64,000 nucleotides of DNA, taken from positions 1,192,989 to 1,256,988 of the forward strand of contig MTMF02000009.1 of assembly GCA_002011125.2 (NCBI GenBank), given 5' to 3'. The notes under the pieces were generated by a model. That model did not search any database. It worked only from the letters and a program-made list of their open reading frames with translations, and was not told the DNA's origin. A program made the position numbers and the translations under genes. Of the stretch, positions 51,102 to 60,806 are shown piece by piece (the first letter of the stretch is position 1; the number at the start of each line of letters is the position of its first letter). Source of the DNA: Candidatus Hydrothermarchaeum profundi (GTDB lineage: Archaea > Hydrothermarchaeota > Hydrothermarchaeia > Hydrothermarchaeales > Hydrothermarchaeaceae).

Positions 51102-51464
51102 CTAGAATTTGTTAATACTTATGACGCCTATGAATATTAATATAGCTCCCATAATTCTCCCAATGCTAAGTGACTCTCCGAGCAATATATAAGAACCTGC
51201 GATTAAGGCGATATAATTAAATCCTGCGATCGTCAGCCCGGTTACTATTGCACTCCCATATTTCAATGCTATGATTGAGGTAATATATCCCAAAACGCTC
51301 ATTGAAAAAGATATAACGACATCTCTAGTTGTAGCGAGGTCCTTTATAATTTTTAATGGGCCTCCTGTAAATGATACTTCAACTACGCCTGACCGCATAA
51401 ACACGATTGCAAGGCCAAAGAGTATTCCTGAAACCATTGAGAGTAAAATTCCTGCTTCTCTCAT
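51102..51464 (-). CDS. EamA/SMR-like small membrane transporter
   Basis: 4 TMs, LLGESLS...GAILIFIGV. Confidence 0.75.
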   Translation of the reverse strand: MREAGILLSMVSGILFGLAIVFMRSGVVEVSFTGGPLKIIKDLATTRDVVISFSMSVLGYITSIIALKYGSAIVTGLTIAGFNYIALIAGSYILLGESLSIGRIMGAILIFIGVISINKF

Positions 51465-51482
51465 TCGAGCATTAATAAATAT

Positions 51483-52640
51483 ATGATGGCATATAAACCT
51501 ATTGTGATGAAACTTTTGGTCCTAGGTTCCAAGGAGTTTCCCTTAGGAACATCCGATGACCCCCTTCCTTCAGGGGGAATTGAGGTTTACATAGAAAATT
51601 TCTTAAAAGCGCTTCAGGAGCGAGGAATAGAAATTTTAGTTATAACTAGAAAGTTTCCAGGAGTCCCTAAAAGAGAAGTTACGGGATCAATAGAGATACT
51701 TAGAGTTCCATGGATAAAGGGCTTTTATTTTAGGAATATAAGCTTCAACTTCGCAGCATTCCTCTCAGCGCTTCGTAAAGATTACGATATAATTCACGCT
51801 AATGGTCCGATTGGAAGTTTTTTTGGCATGCTCTTATCAAAGGTGAAAGGAGTTCCTTTAATAGCAGTACCTCATGGGCTTACCCTTGAGCAACCTCAGT
51901 ATAACCGTGTAATTAGAAAGACGTTCGCCATGCTGGAAAAGTTTGTGTATTCTAGGGTAGATCATGTAGTATTTTTGTCGGAGCAAGAAAAAGACCAATT
52001 TATAAAGAAACTTGGGTTCCTACCTACATCTTGGAGCATTATATCCCCTGGAATAGACTTCCTTAAGATAGAATCTGAAAAATCAGATAGTGCAAAAAAA
52101 GATTTCGGGATTAAAAAAGAAGTCGTTATTACCTTCACAGGAAGACTTATTGGAGTAAAGGGAGTCGAGTATCTGGTAAAAGCTGCTCGATATTTAGAAG
52201 GAGACTTTAAAATTTTAATTGTAGGTGATGGGCCTGAGAGGCAAAAACTCGAGAGACTAGTCTCGGATTCAGGGCTTACCAAAAGAATAATCTTTACAGG
52301 ACATCGCAAGGATGTACCAAATATTTTAGCTATTTCCGATATATTTGTGCTTCCCAGCATCTCAGAGGGCCTCCCTACCTCTTTACTCGAAGCCATGGCA
52401 ACGGGTTTGCCTTGCGTCGTGACGGATATAGGACTCCCAGTAGTTAATGGAGAGACCGCACTCGTAGTACCTTCCTGCAATGAAAAGGAACTCGCTAATG
52501 CGATTAACAAATTATTGAAAGATGTAGAACTGAGAAAAATATTAGGCAAAAAGGCCAAAAGAGAGATAATGACCAAGTACTCATGGGATAAAGCAGTAGA
52601 ATCCTATAAAAAGATTTTTCACTGCTTGTTAGAGAGATGA
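51483..52640 (+). CDS. Glycosyltransferase family 4
   Basis: SGGIE, GRL..KG, EGLPTSLLEAMATG. Confidence 0.92.
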   Translation: MMAYKPIVMKLLVLGSKEFPLGTSDDPLPSGGIEVYIENFLKALQERGIEILVITRKFPGVPKREVTGSIEILRVPWIKGFYFRNISFNFAAFLSALRKDYDIIHANGPIGSFFGMLLSKVKGVPLIAVPHGLTLEQPQYNRVIRKTFAMLEKFVYSRVDHVVFLSEQEKDQFIKKLGFLPTSWSIISPGIDFLKIESEKSDSAKKDFGIKKEVVITFTGRLIGVKGVEYLVKAARYLEGDFKILIVGDGPERQKLERLVSDSGLTKRIIFTGHRKDVPNILAISDIFVLPSISEGLPTSLLEAMATGLPCVVTDIGLPVVNGETALVVPSCNEKELANAINKLLKDVELRKILGKKAKREIMTKYSWDKAVESYKKIFHCLLER

Positions 52641-52685
52641 ACAACTCATTTGTAAATAGTGGTTTTTGAATAGTCTCCTATCCCT

Positions 52686-53765
52686 TTAAGTTAAACTTTC
52701 TTTGAAGGATGAAATAATGAATCTAATATTCTCCTCTGAAACTGCTGGATGCACAGGTAAACTTAAAACCTCGCGAGAAGCTTTTTCAGCCTCCAATAGT
52801 TCGTCAGCATCATAAAGTCTTTCATATAGCTTTTGTCTATGAATTGGGATAGGATAATAGATGCCTGTTTCAACCCCTTTTTTTATTAACTTTTTAGAGA
52901 GTTCATCTCTGTTGGAAACACGTATAGTATACTGGTGGAAGACATGCCTAGCACGCGGTGATACGTGGGGGGGTACAAGCCCATCGATTTTTCCTAGTCC
53001 TTCTGTCAGTAAGTTAGCATTTTTAATTCTTTTCTCATTCATTCCATCAAGCTTCTTTAACTGCTCTATACCAATAGCAGCCGCGATATCGGTCATTCTG
53101 TAGTTATACCCTAAAGTTTCATGGTGATATCTTATCTTGGAGCCGTGTCCTCTAATCATCCTTGCCTTTTCAGCTATTTCTCTACTATCCGTGGTTATCA
53201 TTCCACCCTCGCCGGTAGTCATATTTTTAGTGGGATAAAAGCTGAAGGCGGCACAGTCTCCAAAGGAACCCACTTTCTTTCTGCCGTATTCAGCTCCATG
53301 CGCTTGGCAAGCGTCCTCAATTAGTAAGAGCCCATGATCTTGGCATATCTCCCTGAGCGCGTCCATCGCACATGGCTGACCGTATAGATGAACAGCGAGG
53401 ATGGCTTTGGTTTTACGGCTAATTTTTTCTTTTACTTCTTCTGGGTTAATATTGAATGTCTTAGGGTCTATGTCGGCAAATACTGGCTTGGCACCACAGT
53501 AAAGAATAGAATTAGCGGAAGCTATAAATGAAAAAGGAGTCGTAATCACTTCATCTTCATTCTTTATGCCCGTTGCCAATAGGGCGGTATGGAGGGCGGT
53601 GGTACCACTGCTAGTTGCGATAGCATATTTTGTACCGATATACCGAGCAAAGCTTGTCTCAAATTCTTCTACTTTTAAGCCTTGAGTAAGCATACCTGAG
53701 GATAGAACTTCTAGAACAGCTCTTTTCTCTTCTTCACCAATCATTGGTTTAGCAATAGGTATCAT
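52686..53765 (-). CDS. DegT/DnrJ/EryC1/StrS sugar aminotransferase (WbpE-like)
   Basis: SGTTALH, VHLYGQ, EDACQAHGA, SFYPTKNMTTGEGG, GYNYRM, LSLP. Confidence 0.93.
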   Translation of the reverse strand: MIPIAKPMIGEEEKRAVLEVLSSGMLTQGLKVEEFETSFARYIGTKYAIATSSGTTALHTALLATGIKNEDEVITTPFSFIASANSILYCGAKPVFADIDPKTFNINPEEVKEKISRKTKAILAVHLYGQPCAMDALREICQDHGLLLIEDACQAHGAEYGRKKVGSFGDCAAFSFYPTKNMTTGEGGMITTDSREIAEKARMIRGHGSKIRYHHETLGYNYRMTDIAAAIGIEQLKKLDGMNEKRIKNANLLTEGLGKIDGLVPPHVSPRARHVFHQYTIRVSNRDELSKKLIKKGVETGIYYPIPIHRQKLYERLYDADELLEAEKASREVLSLPVHPAVSEENIRFIISSFKESLT

Positions 53766-53838
53766 TTTAAAAGCACCGATAGAGTATTTTGCCTAGGAAT
53801 TTCAATTGCTTCATAAATTTTGTATATTATAGCCTTTC

Positions 53839-54504
53839 TTATGCACATGACTTCACCAATTCAATAAATTCTTTTAGATTCTTTATAATATAATCCGCGC
53901 CGCTCCTCCTAAGGTCTTCTTCGTTTGCTGTGCCTGTTAGAATCCCGGCGGTTATAACACCTGCTCTTTTCCCACTTATGATATCATAAGGATGATCGCC
54001 AAGTAAGATACATTCCTCTGGGTTTATCTTAAGTTTTCTCAGGGCCAAGTTTATGGGCTCTGGGTGGGGTTTTGTCTTCTCAGCATCCTCTCTTGCGATA
54101 ACGATATCGAAACTTAAATTATATTTTCTTACAGCATCGTTTACTACACTTCTACTTGTTCTTGAAACCACTCCGAGGGTATACCCTGACCTCCGTAGAT
54201 GATCTAAAGCTTCTCTTGCAAAAGGCAGGATTTCAGAACCTTCTAAGGCGAGCTTCTCCTCTTCTTCTAAAATCTGTATAGCTATTCTGTAAGTAGTTTC
54301 TGCTTCTCTCCTACCAAATCTTTCTGAGATTTTCTGTGTACTCTCCTCTATAGATTTGAGAACTGGTTTGAACTCTTTTTTAATGCCATATTTTTTATAA
54401 AACTCTCTAAGCCTTTCTCTGGTTTTTTCTGCATTAAAATTTAATTTTACAAGAGTTCCGTCCAAGTCAAAAAGAATCAGCTTAAAGCTTTTTTGCTTCT
54501 CCAT
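53839..54504 (-). CDS. HAD-superfamily phosphatase
   Basis: FDLDGTL, KPHPEP, GDHPYDI..G..AG. Confidence 0.9.
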   Translation of the reverse strand: MEKQKSFKLILFDLDGTLVKLNFNAEKTRERLREFYKKYGIKKEFKPVLKSIEESTQKISERFGRREAETTYRIAIQILEEEEKLALEGSEILPFAREALDHLRRSGYTLGVVSRTSRSVVNDAVRKYNLSFDIVIAREDAEKTKPHPEPINLALRKLKINPEECILLGDHPYDIISGKRAGVITAGILTGTANEEDLRRSGADYIIKNLKEFIELVKSCA

Positions 54505-55547
54505 TTCTCTCCCTTTACAAGTTTATGTCCTCCGTCTATCAGCCTAATCCAGTAAAGCCCTTCGGGAAGAGGATCGTATTTAGGTATACTAGGTAATTCT
54601 TCGTCATAGGCCAGTTTGATATAGATATAAGGCATGTTGACCCCGGCCTCTGAAAAGAAATTGCTTGTGGTAAAAAAGCGCCCAGCATTTATTTCAGTAA
54701 TACATGGAATTCCTTTAGAGTTCTCTTTCATATCAATACAGAAAACTCCATTAGCTTTGTTATCGATCGCCAATACAGCGTTGGTTGCGATTTCATTCAC
54801 ATCGCTTCTGTTTACCGTTCTAGCAACAGCTGGGCTTGAAGTTTGGCCACTAGGTGTGAGATGAGGAAAGATATATTCCAGTCTCTCCCTCGCCTGAGAT
54901 ACGATGAGTTCGCCATCTTTCCAAACGCTCTGAAAGGCGAATTCCCTCCCAGGCAGGTATTCAGCTAGCATGAAGTCGTTATAATCTAGACTATGCATTT
55001 TTTTCCAATAATCTATCCACATAACTGCATGAGAAACTTCTTTAACGGGCAGGCTAGCCTTCGCTCCAGCACCTTTTTTTGCCCTTAGCCATGCTTTCCT
55101 AGGATATACCTCAAGGAGCGTTTTTAAGGCCTTTGGGATTTCAGCCTCCCCGCTTAAATTAAAGGTATTAGGGACAGGGATATCGTTTTCTTTGAGAATC
55201 TCTGTCAAATGCATCTTGTCTTGGCAAATTCGCACTGTTTTTTTATCAGGAAGAAATGTTTTTGCTTTAATTCTTTCTCTATTTTCAGATATAGCTGCTA
55301 CTTCTACATCTGGTTGGGGATGTACAAATTCTATTTCCTCTAACTTGATAACCTCATTTAATGCTCTAATGTAGCTTGGGTCGTCAAACTTTGGAAGGAG
55401 GTATCTGGAATCTACATCTGATAACTCCAAGTGCCATTTGTTCACATCTCCCCCAGCAATATAGAATTTTTCTGAGGGGAGTCTAAGTGATTTTATAAAA
55501 TTAATCCCGGCAGGTCCTCCGGCTCCAGTTACAAATATTCTTTTCAT
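54477..55547 (-). CDS. ATP-grasp domain protein
   Basis: TGAGGPAG, CQDK, EYLPGRE, EINAGRF. Confidence 0.85.
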   Translation of the reverse strand: MKRIFVTGAGGPAGINFIKSLRLPSEKFYIAGGDVNKWHLELSDVDSRYLLPKFDDPSYIRALNEVIKLEEIEFVHPQPDVEVAAISENRERIKAKTFLPDKKTVRICQDKMHLTEILKENDIPVPNTFNLSGEAEIPKALKTLLEVYPRKAWLRAKKGAGAKASLPVKEVSHAVMWIDYWKKMHSLDYNDFMLAEYLPGREFAFQSVWKDGELIVSQARERLEYIFPHLTPSGQTSSPAVARTVNRSDVNEIATNAVLAIDNKANGVFCIDMKENSKGIPCITEINAGRFFTTSNFFSEAGVNMPYIYIKLAYDEELPSIPKYDPLPEGLYWIRLIDGGHKLVKGEKWRSKKALS

Positions 55548-56533
55548 TTTCCAATTTTTATAGGTTTCATATTATAATGGGACTGGATAGCTGCTAACGC
55601 TACTTCTAAGGCAATTAAGCCGTCCTCGCCTGTGACCAGGGGTTCTTTGCCTTTCTCAATACAGTCGATAAAGTGTTTGAGTTCTATTTTAAGAGGTTCT
55701 TCTTTCTTTACACTTACAGTTATTTTTTTAGGTGTTCCGAATTTCCATATGAAATCTCCAAATGAGTCGTAACTCTTCTCATAAAAGCTCTCATAAATTC
55801 TTAGCTCCTGAGTTAAATAATTCAGCTCCGCATATCCCTTAGTACCTGTTACTGAAAGCTCTCTTATCTTAACCGGAGTGATCCAGTTTACTTGTACAAA
55901 ACAAGGTATCCCCTCATAATCGAGAGTTATTAGAGCATGATCCTCTCTTTGGACAAGAGCCTTGCCTGCTTTGGCATATACTTCATCTGGCCGCTTTTCT
56001 AGTATATAGTTGAATATATCTATATCGTGAACCGCAAGATCTAATATCACGTTAGCATCCTTTATTTGTGGAGGAAACACTCCAACCCTCCTCGCCATTA
56101 TGGAGGTTATCTCACCGATCTTTCTTTTTTTCATCAGCTTTTTAAGTCTAGTCACTGCTGGGTTAAATCTTTCAATATGCCCCACCATCACGGTTACTCC
56201 TTCCTTGCGGCTTTTTTCGATTATCTCCTTTGCACTTTTAATACCGTCTGCGATAGGCTTCTCTACGAGGATATGTTTACCGGATTCAATACACTTTAGT
56301 GAGATTTCTCTATGCAAGGAAGTGGGAGCGCAGATAGAAACTGCCTCTATATCCTCTATTTTCAACATTTCGGAGTAGTCTTGATAGAAATTGCATCCAA
56401 GCTTTTGCGAAAGGTCTTTTCCTTCTTTCTTAATATCGGAGATAGCTACTAAATGTGCTCCTTTTATTTCAGTATAAACCCTAGCATGGTTTCTCCCCAT
56501 ATTGCCTATCCCTATAACACCAACATTTACCAT
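55544..56533 (-). CDS. Gfo/Idh/MocA oxidoreductase (UDP-GlcNAc(A) 3-dehydrogenase, WbpB-like)
   Basis: GIGNMG..H, VEKP, GHIERFNPAV, DLAVHDID, NWITP.K.R. Confidence 0.88.
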   Translation of the reverse strand: MVNVGVIGIGNMGRNHARVYTEIKGAHLVAISDIKKEGKDLSQKLGCNFYQDYSEMLKIEDIEAVSICAPTSLHREISLKCIESGKHILVEKPIADGIKSAKEIIEKSRKEGVTVMVGHIERFNPAVTRLKKLMKKRKIGEITSIMARRVGVFPPQIKDANVILDLAVHDIDIFNYILEKRPDEVYAKAGKALVQREDHALITLDYEGIPCFVQVNWITPVKIRELSVTGTKGYAELNYLTQELRIYESFYEKSYDSFGDFIWKFGTPKKITVSVKKEEPLKIELKHFIDCIEKGKEPLVTGEDGLIALEVALAAIQSHYNMKPIKIGK

Positions 56534-56534
56534 T

Positions 56535-57545
56535 TTAGACCCTCGGTGGATAATCCCAGAATTTCTTGTTAGTTGAATACCACTCTATCTCTTCTCTAAC
56601 TCCTTTATCAACCGAGATTTTAGGCGAGAATCCTATTTTGCTGGCTTTCTTTATATCTAAGACGAAGTCGCGTAGCTCTCCAATAAGTCTCCTTCTTCCT
56701 TTCTGATATTTACTCGCAGTACCGGGCTTTGGGTCATCGTATATGGGTCGCAGGTCAGATTCATAGGTCTTAAGCACGATTTCTGCAAGTTCTTTTATCG
56801 AAGTGCCTACTCCACTTCCAATATTAAAATAATCTCCATCTCCCTTTCTTTTCTTCATAAAAATAAGGTTAGCATCTACCGCATCGCTAATATACACATA
56901 ATCTCTGGTTTGAAGGCCATCCCCAAATATCACCGGGGGCAGTCCCTCAGATACTCTTTTTATGAAAAGCGTAAGAACTCTTCCATACCATTCTCTCGGA
57001 CCATAAACAATACTATACCTTAGGCTAACTGTAGGAAGCCCATAGAGCTGTGATGCCATAGTACAGTATCTCTCTCCAGCAAGCTTGCTAACGCCATAAG
57101 GCCACTGTGGAATTGTTGGATGTTCTTCGTCTTCCGGAAGATATTTAGCTGGCCCGTAAACCCCTCCTGACGATGCGTAAATTAATTTTAAAACATCGTT
57201 TTCTAAGCATGCCTTAACAACATTTAATGTTCCTTCGATGTTTGTCCTTAAATCATGAGTGGGGTCTTCTATCCCTGTGAATACCTCCAGTTCTGCAGCG
57301 TGGTGGGATACTAAGTCAACTCCTTCAATGCTCCTCTTGAGTAAATCATAGTCTAGGATATCTCCCTCTATAATCGTAACCCTGCCAGACTTTTCAGCAT
57401 CTTTGAGATTTTCTCTATTCCCCGTGCAAAAATTATCATAAACGATAACTTCTTCGGCTCCTTCCTTAACGAAACGATCCACTAAATGGGAGCCTATAAA
57501 GCCTGCGCCTCCTGTAATCAAAATCCTCTTATTACTAAGCATCAC
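56535..57545 (-). CDS. NAD-dependent nucleotide-sugar epimerase/dehydratase
   Basis: TGGAGFIGSHL, YGVSK, YGPRE, GDGLQTRDYVY. Confidence 0.9.
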   Translation of the reverse strand: MMLSNKRILITGGAGFIGSHLVDRFVKEGAEEVIVYDNFCTGNRENLKDAEKSGRVTIIEGDILDYDLLKRSIEGVDLVSHHAAELEVFTGIEDPTHDLRTNIEGTLNVVKACLENDVLKLIYASSGGVYGPAKYLPEDEEHPTIPQWPYGVSKLAGERYCTMASQLYGLPTVSLRYSIVYGPREWYGRVLTLFIKRVSEGLPPVIFGDGLQTRDYVYISDAVDANLIFMKKRKGDGDYFNIGSGVGTSIKELAEIVLKTYESDLRPIYDDPKPGTASKYQKGRRRLIGELRDFVLDIKKASKIGFSPKISVDKGVREEIEWYSTNKKFWDYPPRV

Positions 57546-57552
57546 ATCACTC

Positions 57553-58569
57553 TCAAAGCATGAAAAGATATACGAGTAGCATTATAATGATTTCTACTCC
57601 AAAAAGGAAATAAGTGACTTCCTTCTCATAACATTTACCTTTAATCTTTTTTACACTCCACAAAGCAAGGTGTTCCATACCATAAATATGAGGATAGGGA
57701 AGCTCTAAGGTTCCATCTTTATTTGGCTTTCCAAACGCTTCTGTTTTGAAAGTTTGCTCCTTAGAGAGGAAAGGGCTTACTGCGGGAATAATAAAGTCTA
57801 TAAAGTAGGGTATAAAGAGAATAACTGCTATCTTCTCAAGGTTTCCGAGGATAGCAACGCATGCGATCAAAGCTCCTACGGAATAGCTCAAGGAGTCGCC
57901 AGGGAATATCTTGGCGGGATACCAGTTGTACTTTAAAAATGCTAGGAGAGAGAAAGCCATAGCTAAAGCAAGCATTGCTACCCAGCCGCTATCTGTCTGC
58001 CAAGCAGCGAATCCAAGAAACCCAAGGATAAGCACACCCATTCCCCCTTCCAACCCATTATATCCAGCAAGAATATTGAAGCCATTAGCAGCTCCAGCAA
58101 TCCCAAAGGGGATTACTATCAGTGGATACAATACCCCGAAGTCTACATTACCTACTATCGGTAGAACCATGCTGGATTCACCTGCGTTTACCACCATCAT
58201 AGGAAAAGCAGCAACTAAAGTAAGCAGGGGCTTCTGCCATTGCTTAAGACCTTTTTTCCATCCTAATATGTCATCCAGCATTCCTACAATCATAATAATC
58301 ATGCATGAAGAAATAGCAGCGAGAATATACAGATTATACGTAGTAGACTTAAAGTAAAAGGTATTCAAGGCGATATAAACGAAGACACCCGCAAGAAAAC
58401 CGGCATTTACTGGAAGACCTCCCATCTCTGCTACTACTGGGTTGTCATACTTATTCATATCCTTACCAGTAATCCCATTCTGGTGGGCAATATTTATCCA
58501 CTTAGGAGTGAGAAGATATGTTACTACAAAGCTTATTCCAAGACTGACGAATAATAAGACATCTACCAT
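57553..58569 (-). CDS. aglH: UDP-HexNAc:dolichol-phosphate HexNAc-1-P transferase (AglH/GPT, MraY-like)
   Basis: GKDMNK, AEMGG, GMLDD, NILAGYNGLE, PAKIFPGDS. Confidence 0.85.
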   Translation of the reverse strand: MVDVLLFVSLGISFVVTYLLTPKWINIAHQNGITGKDMNKYDNPVVAEMGGLPVNAGFLAGVFVYIALNTFYFKSTTYNLYILAAISSCMIIMIVGMLDDILGWKKGLKQWQKPLLTLVAAFPMMVVNAGESSMVLPIVGNVDFGVLYPLIVIPFGIAGAANGFNILAGYNGLEGGMGVLILGFLGFAAWQTDSGWVAMLALAMAFSLLAFLKYNWYPAKIFPGDSLSYSVGALIACVAILGNLEKIAVILFIPYFIDFIIPAVSPFLSKEQTFKTEAFGKPNKDGTLELPYPHIYGMEHLALWSVKKIKGKCYEKEVTYFLFGVEIIIMLLVYLFML

Positions 58570-58761
58570 ATCAACATCCCAATTTACCTAAGGTTTGTTT
58601 AAGGAAATCCGATTACATTCGAAGTTGTCATTAGTACTGCCTTTTTATTAAACTCTTACTTACGCGAATTAAGTTTTTTTTACATTATGATATAAATTTG
58701 GTGTAACAGCGAACTGTCAAGTTGTCTTTGTTCGAGCCTATCTGTGAATTAGCCTGAAGTA

Positions 58762-58835
58762 TGCCCCTGCCGGGATTCGAACCCGGGCCTAGAGCTCCGC
58801 AAGCTCCCATTCTATCCAGACTATACTACAGGGGC
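58762..58835 (-). tRNA. tRNA-Arg(GCG), intronless, CCA not encoded
   Basis: Acceptor stem GCCCCTG/CAGGGGC, anticodon arm GGAGC-TTGCGGA-GCTCT, T-loop GGTTCGAATCC. Confidence 0.93.
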
Positions 58836-58871
58836 CTTACTTTTCTTAATTAAATAGCATTTGAATAGAGG

Positions 58872-59678
58872 TTAGTATGATAAAAACCTCCTTAATTCTT
58901 CCATATTTTTAAGTTTTTCATAGCTAGTAAAATCTAATTTGAGAGGCGTTATTGAGATACGTCCTTCCACTCTAACTGCATGTACATCTGTTCCTTCTTC
59001 TGCGTCATATATAGGGTCCCCATCAATCCAGTAATATACCCTACCTCGGGGGTCATGTCGCTTTTGAACTCTAGTAGTATACATTCTCTTCGCGAGATGG
59101 GTGATTTTTACTTCTTTATTTTTAACTTCTTCTGGCACATTTACATTTAATAGGTCAACTCCCTCAGGTAGACCTTTATCCAGCACGTAGGTCCCTATCT
59201 TCTTCAGAATATCCTGAGCTTCCTTAAAATCTATTTTTGGTTCAGTTGAACCATAGACCTTGTTTTTTGCATGTACTGATATCGCAATAGAGGGAACTCC
59301 TTGGCTAGCGCCTTCAAGTGCAGCCCCTACAGTACCGGAAGTAGTTGCCTCTGAGCTCATGTTTTCTCCTATATTTATACCAGATATAATCAGGTCAGGC
59401 TTGCTTTTTATGATGCCGTAGATTCCAACTATAACTGCGTCTACCGGTGTTCCGTCTATCGAGTAGGCTTCAACTCCTTCTACTTCTCCTTTAGTAATGC
59501 CCACCGGCGAGAAGAGGGATATAGATCTACCGACTCCACTCCGCTGCATAGCCGGGGCAACAACGACAACTTCCCCTAGCGCTTTTGCAGCATTCACAGC
59601 AGACTTGATTCCAGAAGAGCTTATGCCGTCATCATTTACTATTAAGATTCTTTTCATCTTTCGTTGCCTTTTTAACAT
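58872..59678 (-). CDS. surE: 5'/3'-nucleotidase SurE (likely start 59657)
   Basis: NDDG, VVAP..QRSG, GTPVD, SGINIG.N, SGTVGAALE, ITPL. Confidence 0.95.
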   Translation of the reverse strand: MLKRQRKMKRILIVNDDGISSSGIKSAVNAAKALGEVVVVAPAMQRSGVGRSISLFSPVGITKGEVEGVEAYSIDGTPVDAVIVGIYGIIKSKPDLIISGINIGENMSSEATTSGTVGAALEGASQGVPSIAISVHAKNKVYGSTEPKIDFKEAQDILKKIGTYVLDKGLPEGVDLLNVNVPEEVKNKEVKITHLAKRMYTTRVQKRHDPRGRVYYWIDGDPIYDAEEGTDVHAVRVEGRISITPLKLDFTSYEKLKNMEELRRFLSY

Positions 59679-59741
59679 TAAAAGGATATTTCTTTATTCA
59701 AACACGCATCATTTAAATATTCCTCGCATATATTTAGTGGC

Positions 59742-60806
59742 ATGATAGGAGCTAGGAAACTTGAGCATATTGAAATTTCTCTCGAGAGAGATGTCCAGAG
59801 CAAGGTAACCACTGGATTTGAGGATATAACATTAATCCATAGGGCCTTGCCTGAAATAGATAAAGATGAAATAGACCTCACAATTGATTTCTTTGGAAAA
59901 AAAATAAATGCTCCAATTTTAATCGCAGGTATGACTGGAGGACATGAAAAAGCTTTAAAAATAAATGAAAACCTCGCTAAAGCAGCGCAGGAATTGAATA
60001 TCCCAATGGGAGTAGGAAGTCAACGGGCTGCTATAGAGGACAAAAGCCTTTCCACAACTTATTCAATCGCTAGAAAGGTAGCGCCTGACGCATTTTTGAT
60101 AGCAAATCTTGGCGCAGCACAGTTCACAGAGGAATATAGTATAAAGGAGGCTGAGGAGGCAGTTAAGATGATAATGGCGGATGCCCTTGCAATACATTTT
60201 AATCCACTTCAAGAGGCGGTGATGTCTGAAGGTGATGTTAGGTTTAAGGGTTGCCTTAGCGGACTAGAGAATCTGAAGGATATAGGCGTACCATTAATAG
60301 CCAAAGAAACGGGCGCTGGCATTGCAAGAGAAGAAGCCAAATTATTCGAAAATATAGGTTTTTCGGGGATAGATGTTGGGGGCCTTGGGGGCACCTCTTT
60401 TTCTGCCGTGGAGTATTATAGGAATAAAGGAAGCTTAGGGAAAACCTTTTGGGATTGGGGTATCCCTACCGCTGTTTCTACCCTTGAATGCGTAGAATAT
60501 ACTAATTTGTCGGTAATTTCCACAGGGGGTATACGAAATGGTATACAAGTGGCTAAGGCTCTGGCCCTTGGTGCGACTGCATGCGGTATAGCAATGCCTC
60601 TCTTATCGAAAGCAATCAAAGGTTCGGATAGGGTTGTTTCAGAGCTTCAAAGAATAATAAATGAACTAAAGACTGCTATGTTCCTGGTTGGAGCGAGTAC
60701 TGTAGAAGAGCTTAGGAAGTCGGAGCTTATTATAAGGGGTAAGACGAGAGAATGGCTTGAGGAGAGGGGTATTAACTGCAAAAAGTTCGCTAATAGGAGA
60801 GATTGA
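59742..60806 (+). CDS. fni: Type 2 isopentenyl-diphosphate delta-isomerase
   Basis: RKLEH, MTGG, GVGSQRAA, NPLQE, KETGAG, GGTSF, WGIPT. Confidence 0.96.
   Translation: MIGARKLEHIEISLERDVQSKVTTGFEDITLIHRALPEIDKDEIDLTIDFFGKKINAPILIAGMTGGHEKALKINENLAKAAQELNIPMGVGSQRAAIEDKSLSTTYSIARKVAPDAFLIANLGAAQFTEEYSIKEAEEAVKMIMADALAIHFNPLQEAVMSEGDVRFKGCLSGLENLKDIGVPLIAKETGAGIAREEAKLFENIGFSGIDVGGLGGTSFSAVEYYRNKGSLGKTFWDWGIPTAVSTLECVEYTNLSVISTGGIRNGIQVAKALALGATACGIAMPLLSKAIKGSDRVVSELQRIINELKTAMFLVGASTVEELRKSELIIRGKTREWLEERGINCKKFANRRD

Noticed and set aside
58762-58835. tRNA-Arg as the integration site for the glycosylation locus
   Set aside because: I saw no duplicate of the tRNA 3' end and no integrase in the window. 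The adjacent aglH operon looks native.
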